In this document: positions 24,638 through 37,455 of the stretch, piece by piece | How positions within the stretch are numbered: position 1 is the stretch's first letter | Layout: every line of letters begins with the position of its first letter | Assembly (NCBI GenBank): GCA_051362555.1 | Contig: CM120648.1 | Coordinates: 17,790,587-17,854,586 of the forward strand | Source: Lingula anatina | Lineage: Eukaryota > Animalia > Brachiopoda | Reading direction: 5' to 3' | Length of the DNA stretch: 64,000 nt | Notes under the pieces: model-generated | Seen by the model: the letters and a program-made list of their open reading frames with translations, nothing else | Databases searched by the model: none | What the model was told of the DNA's origin: nothing | Position numbers and translations under genes: made by a program

Positions 24638-25598
24638 CATGTTCGTTTAAAAAATAGGTCACGTTTCAGCCTTATCTCAAGCCCTTCTTCAGGTGTACTG
24701 ATATTTGCCTGTCACCTACTGAAGTAGGTCAGCACCTTATGTAAGTATACATTTGGAAACTCGATAGCTTATCAAGTAATTCAAAGGCAATTATTCTATT
24801 TATTTAATCAGTTTATTGTCATAAAATTTGTTATCTAATTACTTATCAAATGAGGTTCAATTAATAATTAATCAGGTGAGAAATAAATCAATTTAGGGTA
24901 CATCAATGCAAAACATATAAAAAATCATAAAAAATGGTTGCAAAAAAAAAATATATATATATTGATAATTAACAGATTAACTTAAAAAATGCATTGGTAA
25001 ATAAAAATATATTTCTAATAGTCAAATTTTCAGGATACTGCTTTTGTACAAAGAGCAGTTGCTTGGGTGTTTTCATCTTCAATTACAACTGATAAATTCG
25101 TGTTACTGGACTTTAAAATAACATAAACATTTCAAGGGATGACAATTGTTTGTATAAAATTCTTATTTCTCAATAAGTACATTACCACCAAAAAGGCAGT
25201 TATCAAAATTATCTGGAATTTGTTCATTTGCATCAGACAACGCCATGGATGGCCTTCATAGATGGCTACCTTCTGTAATAATATTTAAAGAGATTACTGC
25301 ATAAACCAAACTTAAAAATGAAATTGGACTATCTTTGAATGTCAGAAAGGATTTATCAACCACTGACGTAGTCTTTGCCCCCAGGAAACCCCGTTTTATT
25401 ACCCTTTTCCTGTCACAGTTGTTATCCTTATCAATGACAAAAGATCATAGCCAACCAGAAAATGTATGTAGTCAAACCAAACTTTTAAGTTGTTTAAAAA
25501 CAACATCGTACTGGATCTGTCCTTAAAAAATAAATATCGCAACTTTGACTCATGGCTGGTGTATCGTCTGCTAGCCTCAGTGATATAACGGCAATTAA

Positions 25599-25851
25599 GG
25601 CATAGTTCACATGAAAAATCCAAATTCCAAAAATCCATTGGCGGTATCTTATGATCACGGTCTGTGCCCTGAATACCCCGCGAGGTAATTACTGGCAGCG
25701 CAAGCGAGTCCTTTCCAAAGCTGCAATTAATTCTTGCTGTGCTCGGAGGAGATTCTGACACCTGGACGCGGGGTATTCAGGGCACAGGCCGTGATCAATA
25801 GAAACCAACAATGGATTTTTGGTATTAGGATTTTTCATGTGAACGATGCTT
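25599..25851. mobile_element. Harbinger-type palindromic MITE related to 5390-5646
   Basis: GGCATAGTTCACATG...CATGTGAACGATGCT; shares the internal TATGATCACGGTCTGTGC...TAATTACTGGCAGCGC block with the 5390 copy. Confidence 0.65.
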
Positions 25852-26583
25852 TAGTGTCACGTGCTCAGTTCAATCGGTTTCATAAGCACAGTAAAACGGT
25901 CAAAACCAAAAAACAACCAACACATTTTCCACCATACATGTACCTTACTGGTACTGGCGTGGTACATGTAAATGTTCCCTTGTTCCCCAAATCCCCACGC
26001 ACTTAACAAAATGCTAAAAGGGAGCGGGAGATGTTAGAAGGTTGAAGATTTAAATAGTTGACAAGTAGAGTTTTAGAACCATACCTGTGGCACAGACTTG
26101 GAAATGCCCATTGATGTCTCATACATGGCACACTACATTGTAACCCGTTCAAGTCAAACATTTTACATCCTTAATGCGAGAGTTTATCAAAATTAAACAA
26201 TTCTCTCATGGTATGGGTCTACCATTTACGATTATGCCCCAGGAAAACATGCTCGAGTGCGCACTCACACACACACACACATCAGGGGCGGATCCAGGAT
26301 TATTTGAAGGGGGGTCCGCGAATACAAAGCCGACCCTCCCCCCCTCCCCCCCCCTCCCCCGCACTTGGCGTGGGCTTCGGGGCCCGTTGAAGGGGCGCGA
26401 AAAATGTTGGTATTTAAAAAGACAAACGGTGCCATTTGGTACGATTTAGAACTTTGATTCAGCTAGTCAAAATTCTAATTTTAAAAGGGGACCAGAAATC
26501 GAAGGGGGGGATGTCAGGACCCCCCTGACCCCCTCTAAATCCACCACTGCACATACTCACGATCACACAAAGACTCTCTCTCT

Positions 26584-26618
<35 letters not shown>

Positions 26619-27354
26619 GTACACAGCCAAATCCAAAGCCAGTAATGATAATTCTATAATAATGTTTATAATATGATTTAACTAAATTGGCCTTACACTT
26701 GGCTACATGTAGGCGACAACACCCATGAGAGAGAGACTTCTTTACTTCTTTACTTACCTCAGTAGAGCTAGTATTGATTCTTTGCCAGTACGCTCCTTTA
26801 TTTGCCTACTTCAACTGCCCTCATTCATGAGTTGACAAAAGTAGCTCTTTTTATCAACACATAACCATCATGACCCCGATAAGAGACAGGCGCCAACTTA
26901 ATCAATAGATACCACAGGGAACTGTTTGTTAACACCAGTGGTTTTTCCCCATATACCTTTCAATCCCATACACCTCCGACTTGCTGAATACAGGATAAGA
27001 TGGCTGCCCAGCTAACAAAGAATTAATCAGGTAAGCAAAGTAACTTTTGTTTTCAAAGTTATCAAGGAAGGTGCAAGTAGTTTTGATAGGAATTACAGTC
27101 GTTCGTCATTTGTACACTAAAATGACTGTTGTGCTACTAGAAATACTCAAAAATGCATTAAAAGCGCCTATTGTACCATTGATTAAACTTGATTTCCGGT
27201 GTTAGTCAATGAACTACCCCTCTTAATTATGAGAAAGAAAACACATAAACCTAATGTCTGGGACCACGTGTTTCTACTATTGAGATGTTTTATCCCTCTT
27301 ATCTCTCGTTTCAGCTGTGCTTTTGGAATATAGGATGAAAAGTGCTAGTCAAAT

Positions 27355-30190
27355 ATGGCGGCGCTTATTTTAAGGAGTGGGAATCAGAATGAATCAGGTA
27401 AAATACAATCGTTTTTTACAAATGGAATTCATTTACACGTTTCTGGGGTTGAATGTTGAAATGTAAAGACCATTCACTGTATAAAGTATTAAAGGGGGAT
27501 ACATTTTTCGTCTTCCTGGTTTTGTTTCTTGCAAATGCAAATGGCGGACGGAATTCCCCTAAAATTTATTGCACCTGTGCTTAAATCGCTTTTCTTTGTA
27601 ATGCTTTAATATAGCTTTTACCATCCAATGTCAATTTTACATTTCTTTGAGGTTCTTATAGTAGTCGTTTTGATGTGAACAATATTCCGTTTGCTTGTCT
27701 CACAAGATATTTCCACTTGCAAAAACTGTTTTCAGTATTTGTGCACACTTTTCTCCGAGAAAAATAAACTTTTTATGCTAGGACACCACATATCTCATGT
27801 GAATGTAAAAGCATATGTCTTCTTTTATGTCGTCTAGGTCAATTGGACGGTAGAAACATTCGAAGGGTGCAGCTGCTGTTATTTCGTAGACGTAATGGCA
27901 GACCAAAGGAGGGACTGCTTGAGATAAACCGGATAAAACTTGGTGACGGCTCCTTTCTGTGTATACTATTACCATTAAGTGGACAGCCGAACTGCATGCC
28001 TTGGTCGGACAATTCGTGTGTGTCCGTGAGACTGTAAATGGACTGTCAAGAGAGTACGTCTATATGGAACTTGATAATATAGAACTTAGAAGATTCAAAG
28101 AGGTGAGAGAAGAACATGAGCAGGGTGCATATGTGTATGACGGCGGAACGGCAGCAGTACCAGGCAGCAGTACCAGATATAAAGACCTCGACAACGGAGG
28201 CATTTATCAGTATACCACCGTGGGGTGAGGGCGACTTAATGTTGTTGACTTACTAACCCTTTTAATTGATTTTCTGAAGAAAAAATTACTGTTCTACATT
28301 TAATCTTATATTTTTTCAATATTTAATGTTATTTATTTCATATTCCGTCTTCATAATATTTGGTATTGCAAACAAATTGCAGTGGAGTCCGTCTTTTCTT
28401 TATTTATGTTCACTGTGTATTTATTATTCGTTTATTCCATTTACCGTCAGACTGGACAGAAATTTGGTAACCTTTCTCCATGATGAATTATCAAGAATGT
28501 ATGGTTTGGAAGACAACGGTAGAGACCCCCTGCAACCATTTCCTGGGAGAATTGTGTAATTATAATGCATTGATCATAAAAATGTGCCCCAGCAAAAATG
28601 TTTGAATTGTTTTAAAAACTGGAGATATAAGTAATTTGGATTTATGTTAAAAAGCCTTCGACCTTATCTTTAATCAAATGCATTGTTAAGAAGTTACCAG
28701 TAAACTGTTTTGTGTATCATGTACATATGACAATTAACAAAAGGAAAAACAAAATTGGAATCTTAATCGAAAAAAAAAAGATTACTTCAAATACCCTGAG
28801 CAATTTTCCGCATTGGTTAATATGTTATTTTTTTTTTATTCAGGAAATATCTTGGCAGTTTCTACGTTGTTGTGGCCGCCACTGAGGAGAACTTGATCCT
28901 CCACGTCCTAGAGGAGGGCACCTATGAGTTCCAGGCTTTCAACCTTCGCCAAGTTCGAAGAGTAAGACTTAATTTGCACGAGAACCTTTGCCAGTAACTG
29001 AGGTAGCCTTCTTATTTACAAGACGCTCTGGAGAAAAGGAAAGTAAGAAATATATATCGTTTCAATAGCATGAGAGCAGAATAAAGCTGGGGCCATGGCA
29101 AATCCTAACTCCCACCCTAATAAAAATATTTAAGAGATTTCTACAAAAAAGAGTAAATTAAAACTAACACTTACTTTGCATGTCGGGGAGGATTCATAAA
29201 CCATTGGTAAGTACGGGGAAGTTGTCGTTTACCCTAGGGAATTTCATACAGCTGTTATCCCTTATGGCAAATCCGTCTTCCCTACGCATTTTATTATTGC
29301 TCAAGGCCTTTGTTTTTCTAAAGAAAGGTTTGCATTTCTTGCAACTTATATGTGAATTTCCAGGGGAAACTCCTTCTAGAACTTGTATTAGTAGTAATTT
29401 GCGTATATTATATGGTAGAATACGCGGTTTAACGGCACATGTGGTGAAATACGACGGAATGTGAAGTGCCTAGTAAGCGTCTTCAAAATAACCCGTAAAG
29501 ATACCTCATTTTGCATGCTTACCATGAAGCTTCGAAATAATATAAACAAGAAATTAAAAGTGCACTCATGAATTAATTAAATATTGAAAAAAAAATTTTT
29601 TTGCAAATCGTCAAAAAAATAAACCAAAATGGAGAGCAGAAAAACTTGATTAGTCCAGAAACATGGCTTAACATGTATTTACCACTTCTACCATGTTATG
29701 AATAATGCCTGTACATATGTAACATATTAAAATAGCATGCTGACAGAAGCAGTAGACTCATTATACCACCTGAGCAGAAAACAGATCATGAAATACTTGA
29801 CTGGCTTCTCAATCCAAAAAGTGAAACATGCTTAAGAGCCATACAATATGTCTAACTGAAAGTCTGAAGAAACGATAAACCCGTCACTAACAATAATGTT
29901 TTTTTTTTCTATTACTCAGTCATCATGCCATATGTATTTTGTATTTACATTGTTATAAAACTGATAGAAGAGCAGAAAGCCTGTAAAACTAACTGTGCAC
30001 ATTTGAGTGTTCAATAAAAAACATTTATTACACTTATCATTATCTTTTACAGGGAGATGTGGAGGAGTTGGGGGAATTCGAAAGGGCATTAGACCAGAGA
30101 CGAAAAGAAGAGGTTTTGAAATTGATGAAAGCCTTGATGGTTGACCCTCTGGACCCCCAGTATGCTCAGGCAATTCAAGTATCTGAGTAA
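27355..30190 (+). pseudogene. Orphan family B copy 2, single frameshift
   Basis: Exons 27355-27397, 27838-28224, 28844-28961, 30053-30190 with intact splice sites and stop. Exon 2 is 387 nt, one base short of phase compatibility (TGT ATT ACT in copy 1 vs TGT AT- ACT at ~27965). Confidence 0.65.
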
Positions 30191-31184
30191 TATACATCGT
30201 ACAAAGAGTATCTGTACTACTACTTGTAGTAGTGTAATAATAAGGCAATATAAGTAGTGATAGTAGTAGAAGTATTAATAAGGCACCACAGGCTGTCAAA
30301 ATTGGCCTAAGCGAGGAATGCTGAAAATTGGCCGACTTCATTACGTTTGGCTATGTACAATGTGTTTAGCTAGCAGTAATTACACCTAGCTGCGTAAGTC
30401 GATAACAAATACTGATTGTGGGCGAAAAAATTGTATCAAGCTCCTAAAGTTATATATCAAAAGTTTATCTTACTTAGTCGGCTAACCAATGTCAGCGGTC
30501 CACGCCTAGACCCTCAAAAATGGATTTTAGTGAAAAAGAAATTTTATGCATCTTTTCACTTGGTATTATGTACCACACGTTACTGAATCTTAATCAAAAA
30601 CTATGAAAAACGATAAGAAAAATATATCAAAGAAGCTATTAGGTAAGTTCTTGCATAGATTGGCTGTTGCTTTCTTTTTTTCTTTTTCATTCTTTCTTTT
30701 TTTTTTTTTTTTGCAATTATTTAATTTATCTCAAAACAAAGTAAGTAAATATAGATTAATAATGTAAATATAGTTAGTTTGAAAAAATGCCCATTTGAAA
30801 AAAATGAAAAATGACACATGGACAAAAAAAAAAAAGAAAAAAGTTTGTTTTAACTATTTAAGTATACAAAAATTAGAAGAGTTTTAAGGAGGTAAATTCA
30901 GTGTTAATTTTATTTACTGAAAAACATAAAATTGTATGAATTAATAATATTTAACCAATTAAAAATAGATAAAGATATAAAGGAGAAGTGAGCAAACGAA
31001 GGAGAGATATGTGTAATAAGTTAAAGATTGCGGTCGAGACAGCAGGAAATGTAAACGTTCAAGTGGATAACCCAGATACTACCCTCTCAAAATTAAGGAC
31101 AACCGAAAGTCTCTCGACGTATCGTCAGATCAAGCGGGATTCCAGGAGATTTGGGGAAAAGTTGACCATTGATTCTGGAACAAT

Positions 31185-33882
31185 GAGGTATACCAGCCCG
31201 CTTGGCGCCAGGTGTCGCTAGTGTGAATTCAGTCCTTCCACAGTCGCCATGTTGGATATCATATACGTTGGACTGTGGCACTGGCCTTAATAAACATGCC
31301 TCAGTATTGTTGTGTACCTGAATGTCAAAGTCGGCAAGGTGGGCATAATTTTCCTGAGGATTCAGGGCTTCGTTTGAAGTGAAGGGTTGCCCATGTCAAC
31401 ACACCTTCCATGTTAAAAGGACAGTTACAACTTGACCCAGGCACAGTAATTAGGCCCCTAAAGATAGACAAGTTGCCTCAAAAAGAATACACGTAGAAAG
31501 GTTAATTGATCTTGGAAAAACTTATAAAGTTTTGGAAAGAGAGCTCCATAGCAAGAAAGTGCCCCTAGGAAGTATGATTTATCAAAGTGCGTTTTCTTAT
31601 GTCCGTAATTTCAAAAGAGTTGTCAGTAAATATACATAAGTACCGGTAGCCTTCTACCCGCATAAGGTTGTGTTATTAAGTAATATCCTTTTTTATTGAT
31701 GTATTGAGCATGACCGGTAATGTTAATTAAATAATTATTTTTATTTAAAAAAATTATTCAGTACATTGTAAGAATCATAAAACTAGGTATAGTTAGAAAA
31801 TTTATTTGTACATGTATAGATGCAATTTCTCAGCCAATGGAATAATGCATGTTTGGAAATCTTTTTGTAACAGTTTAAGAAATAAAATTTAAAGAAAGAA
31901 AACATTTTATAAATGAACAGTTTTTATTCTTTTTTTACAAAATAGCACTTCTGAATTGTTTTATTTGAGTAGAAACACCATATTATTTCATCGCTCTGAA
32001 AATTCATTAAAAAGCAGCCAAACTAAATGTTTTATTTAAACAAAATAATTATTCAGTCCATAGTAAAAACCATGAAACCATGTAATACTTAAATAATTTA
32101 TTTGTGCTATAACTTTCCTGATTATATAGCTGCAATTTCTCAGCCAATGGATTACTGTAGGTATGGAAAACCTTTTGTAACAGTTTAAGAAATAAAAATT
32201 AAAGAAAGCAAACATTTTACAAATGAAGTTATTTTGTTCCTTTTTACAAAATAGTACTTATGAATTATTTTACTTGAATAGAATAGAACCACCACATTAT
32301 GTCAGCACTTTGAAAATTCTTTTAAAAGCAGAAAAACCAAATTATTTGCTGTAAATACAACTATCAAATTATTTCATCCCACTAAAAATACTTTACAAAA
32401 TAGCATCATAGTTTTTTTCATTACAGTTAAATATTATTAAAAACAGCATAAACACATAAGTACTTTTTGTAAAGAATATAGCACCACCAAATTATTTCAT
32501 TTTAGTTAAAACATTTTTTTAATGGCACTTAAAAATTGTGATTGCAGCTAAAACCATCTCATACAGGGGTACTTTCTATAAACTAGCTGACACGTACTTC
32601 CTAAAGTGTTTTTCATTAAAAAAGTTATCCTCGGCAAAATACATGTAGAAAAATATCCAGTGTCAGAATGAATCAACCCCTCAAACAGATCTTTGAATGT
32701 AAACACAACAAAATAGCAGAATGGGCGATTCGTAATGAACATCTGGCCTTCTAACTGAGTACAGTATTTGCAGGTTTTCTTTAGGCCCAGATTCGTGCAC
32801 GAGATACACATTCCAAAAAGGGGAAATCAGGTCCGGGTCCAACTGTCATGTGTCTGCAATGGTTTTGGACACAACAATAATTCATACAGTTTGTTTATAT
32901 ACTTCTTCTCTGTAGCTGCAATTATCTCTCCAAATCTTGAGGCAGTGATCTGCCATTGTCTCTCCTTGTGTCAGATTGCGCTCTTTCCTTGTTATAACTT
33001 GCTTACTCAGTGTCCTTCGCTGTTTGTTCCTCAACCTGAAATATTCATATCCCATTAAAGCATGGTAGATGGTTACAGCATTAAATAGATACAATTTAGA
33101 TTAGTTTAGATACAATATTATAATTCTATGATGTCACCTATCACCTAGTTTGATAATTCTTTCTCATATTTGGGCCCGATTCTTAATAGTAGACCTCTGT
33201 TTTCACTTACATCATTCCCTCTATCCATGCTTTATTCTTTTCATGGCACTTGGCAATAGTTGTTGTCCATCACAGCCGCCTGTAAGTCAGCTTTAGGGTA
33301 GGCATTACTGGTGGCTACATCAATATTTGCCGCTGATGTGAAGTGATAGGTAAGATTCCTGAAGTAATCATTTTATCCTGCTCTTGAAGTTGGCTGTCCT
33401 GGGGTCCTGAAATCGACAGTTTCAGGCTTTGCCCCCGATATATGGGCCTTCTTTGGGTAACCTTATAAAGAAAATAAATAAGTACATTTACTTAGTATAA
33501 AAATCTTCCGTGCTACTAAAACAAAATATGAGCGTAGGCCTACTCGTACCTACAGTAGTCTACATGTACATAACATGTCAGATTTGACACACACACCTCG
33601 ACTAATTTTTGATTTTTTCAAGGAAAATAGTTAGCATTCGTGTTTTTCAAGCACTAAATGAAAAGAAAACACATACCTTCCAGTCAATTCACATTTTCAT
33701 CCAGATGTTGTGGCACCACATTCAAGTAAATTGCGTTTGAGTTTGTTCACAGTCAGCGACACGTGCACACGCTCCATGTTAAACTCTGGTGTAAAGCCGT
33801 GAGCGAGATTCTGCGAGATTTTAGAAGGACTGCTTTCACCCCCACGCCATCTAGCGGCAGACCCTTAAAGCGGGTATTCCCC
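31185..33882. mobile_element. Degenerate ISL2EU-type DNA transposon (THAP-DDE transposase on +, YqaJ/lambda exonuclease on -)
   Basis: AT TSD and termini GAGGTATACC/GGTATTCCCC; empty site CAATTG at 17841-17846. Remnants: MPQYCCVPEC..HNFPEDSGLRLK* (THAP, from 31296), NTPSMLKG..QVASKRIHVERLI (DDE C-terminus), and *HKERQWQITASRFGEII plus YCTQLEGQMFITNRPFCYFVVFT (YqaJ). Confidence 0.8.
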
Positions 33883-34487
33883 ATTGTACATAAACTTCAT
33901 AGACATGCGGTTTCCAAAAAAGGGGAGTTACGTCTGTCAAAATAGAAAACAAATTTTAAAAAACAGCAGATTTGAGGTTTGTTTAGAAATAAATCAGAGA
34001 AATTTTAAGTGATATTTTAAATCTAGGAAAAATGTTGCTTGATTATGGTTAAAAATTTTAACCTTAATACATACTCATGCAAATAGCACTTTCAACGCAT
34101 AAAAAGTTGTTATCAAAAACACTCTTTCTGAACACCATATCTGTTGAATTTTTTAATCTCAAGTAATTCTATGGTGTTCCATTTCAGAGAAATTTTCTTT
34201 TGTTTAGCTTCTATTTGAGATTTAGGTGGTCTATTTTGGCAACGTACATATTTGGGCAGGTCGCATGGAATTAGAAAGGCATGGGATATAATGGACTGGT
34301 CAGGGCAGGTGTGACAGAAATGGTAGTCCTTGGAAAATCCGAGGTCCCACATAATAAGAACAAAAAAGGGTTAGTCAAAAGTTTTGAAGTCAGAATTAGG
34401 AATAAATGTCACTTGCACGAAAAAAGGGGCAGTTTCTAACGGATTACCATTCCTGCCCCCCCCCCACACACACACACACACATTATT

Positions 34488-34528
<41 letters not shown>

Positions 34529-35636
34529 TTATATTATTATTTTTTTATTATCATTATAATTTTTTTTCACTGCAGCAATAAGAATTTAACCAAGCAACGA
34601 GCAACGTTATATAGTGCAGTGTTTAAAATATGCATTTTACTTACAGACACCGTGTGTGTCTGTATATATTCTGATCACTTCGTCTGCCCATATACTGGGG
34701 CCGTCCAACACACATTCGCCGTTCGTCCTATTCTGCTAAATTGCTGCATTTTCCTATAAACCTTATTTTTTGTCAGCCTAGTCTGGTATAAAAGTAGGTT
34801 TTCTATGAAAAACAGCATGAACCGAATTGTTTGATGACTTTTTCTTTCATTCATTTTCATTCTACTATTCATTTATTTATTTATTTATCTATTTGAAAAA
34901 AATGTTGCATTGATATTTCCTGTTTGGTGTCTGTTTGTATACTAGTTTTTTACTAGTTATAGAAGTTAAGTATTCAAAGTTTATTTAATCTGTCACGAAA
35001 CTGCACATTTAGTTAGATTTATACACGCACATAATGCACTGTAAATATCCTGTTTATTGATATCACCGAGTGTTTTCTAAAATTGATGTTTTTATAGCAC
35101 ATACTATAACAACGAAATATATCCCAGATAGCAATAATAAGTTTGATAGTATTTGATTTAGTCTTGGATCTATGATACAAAACATTATAGTGAGTAACGT
35201 GCAATGATTACTGATCACTGGAAAGTGAACGTAAGATGCCTAGCCACTTTTATGTTGTATCGGGAGTTCAGATAGTTGCATTTTTAATATCGTTTTGACC
35301 TTTTTGTGAATGAACAACTTTTTCATATTTTTATCGGTATTTTTTAATTGAAGTGATTCTTTTTTTTTTATAAGCGTATTTGTTTTGCAATTGATATTTA
35401 ATGAGGAAAATGGTCCAATTAGCTCTGATGTAAATATTTCACAAAACCAAAAATTGCTTAAGTGACTTAGCAGTAAGTTTGGATAAAACCCTACTACTTT
35501 TATGGTCTACAGAGAAGAGTCAATTTTAGCGATTACTGTCAGCTTTCACAATGAACATCAAAGTAAAAAAGGTCATATCGCACTTTTTATATTGTAATCA
35601 AATGACTGTAAATAAAATGACTGTGTGCATATCTGC

Positions 35637-35676
<40 letters not shown>

Positions 35677-36446
35677 TCCAGCGTACTCCTGATTGTCCAA
35701 CATAACGGTCACAGCCAATAATTCTAGGTTAATGTATTGAAAATATTCAAATAATGTGTTAAATTCTTTTAGAGAAACTGAAAGGAAACTCTCTTCTCGC
35801 TGAGAATGACATTTTGAATATTAATCTCGTTGTTCTATCATACAGTTGAAAGTTCAGACACTGAAATATATCATATCCAACGCCAGTTGGGCAACATCAT
35901 TCTTACATGGTTAAAAACTGGGTCATTGCTGGATGATTCACATTCCTTTATAATTTTTATGGTATGAAAAGGTGCATTATTTGTTTTTCTTTTCTTCTAT
36001 GTATTTGAATATTGCATAAAATCATTGTGAAATTAAAATATAAAAACAACTTTAGAAATTGCTGATGATGAACATTACACGAAATGCAATAAATAACCAT
36101 TTTATCTTATTGACATATTTTACTAAAATTTACCTAACCATTTTTTAAATTAACGACGTCATGAGCTGAAGAATGAGAACAAAGAGACGTGAGAGACAAG
36201 AAGTGGCAAAAATAGTAATGCATTATATTCATGGCTGAAGATTTTTTACAGCTTACAACAATATAAAATAAAAGGAAGCGTTTTACTTCCCAACCTTTAA
36301 TTATTATTGGTTTTCTTACCCTATCAAACCAAACCTAGAATATGACCACTCCTGTTGCCGCCATACTTAATTAGAACAACATGATCTCCAAAACCAGCAA
36401 AAATAATTTTTCACTTTGTGCAAATTATAAACTGGATCTGGTGCTA

Positions 36447-36660
36447 CACACACTGGACAATAGAAGTGTCACCCCCTGAATCAAAGTAATCAAATTTATT
36501 AACCTGAAGAGGCGGAATATAAGCAATGTCAGAATATCGAAACAGTTGAATTGTTCAGTCAGATAGATAAAATGATACCAGGAGCATATCATTCAACAGT
36601 CATTTATCTCCCCCAAAGTATTGGTTCAGTAGGGGTGACACTTCTATTGTCCAGTGTGTG
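36447..36660. mobile_element. Tc1/mariner-type MITE
   Basis: TA|CACACACTGGACAATAGAAGTGTCACCCC...GGGGTGACACTTCTATTGTCCAGTGTGTG|TA. Confidence 0.75.
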
Positions 36661-37321
36661 TACATAAATGGAGGACCACAACAGGTTATGTATGGTGACT
36701 AAAAGCAAACTTTGGAGTTGAAGACACGGAATGTTATGGACGCGTGCCTATAGACAGTAATACTATCGAGAGCAGGAAGAGAAATATTGGAAATTTTGTT
36801 TGTCTCAGGAAAAGATTATTTGTCATAAGAGGTCCGGTCTTAATCACCCTCTACTTAATGCCAAACTAAGCACTATAGTGTCTTCCTCTTATTTTCAAAA
36901 CGTTAATATTGGACAGGAATTAGGAATTTACTTCAATCAACAGCTAATGTTGACAGCTTATATTAACTCCGATATTGAAGGTAATATTGAAGGTTATATT
37001 AGCTGTAAATATCAGCTGTTGATTGAAGTAAATTACTTTACTCTCATAACATTACACAGCTTATGAAATTCTTCTTTGAGTTAATTATTATTGGAGGAAT
37101 TCAACTGCCTCTCTTGTGCTTTGGTTCTAGTTGTCCTTCAGATGGATTCCGGAGAATCAAAAGATTAATGCTTTACATTATTTTGAATGCCAATGCTATG
37201 AGAAAAGAAAATTACTGCAAGGTCCATTTACAAGAAGTAAAATAAAAGATATGGGGTGGAAGAACCGTATCTGTAAGCGAATTTCCCTCTCAATGAGTCC
37301 AAGGGTCAAGTTGAAGCTTAA

Positions 37322-37357
37322 GACGTCACGCGTCAGCGCCATCTTCCAGGTATAAAA
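37322..37357 (+). promoter_or_regulatory. Putative GPCR core promoter (CRE-like sites, YY1-like motif, TATA box)
   Basis: GACGTCA, CGTCA, CGCCATCTT and TATAAAA (37351-37357) lie about 100 bp upstream of GCCATG at 37456. Confidence 0.5.
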
Positions 37358-37455
37358 GCATGTTCCAGGAACACATGCATTCAGACGTTTCCGGCTTGTG
37401 GACGACTTTCCGGCACTTTTCTTTGCTCTGCAATTTTCATTTAGTTTTGAAAGCC

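Larger units (their letters stand above)
19715..35780 (+). repeat. Tandem segmental duplication, copy B
   Basis: Collinear with 6385-19450 and lengthened by independent insertions. Ends are approximate. Confidence 0.85.

Noticed and set aside
37360-37455. Longer GPCR start at 37360
   Set aside because: The ATG lies 3 bp after the TATA box, upstream of the expected TSS; the ATG at 37456 has better context.
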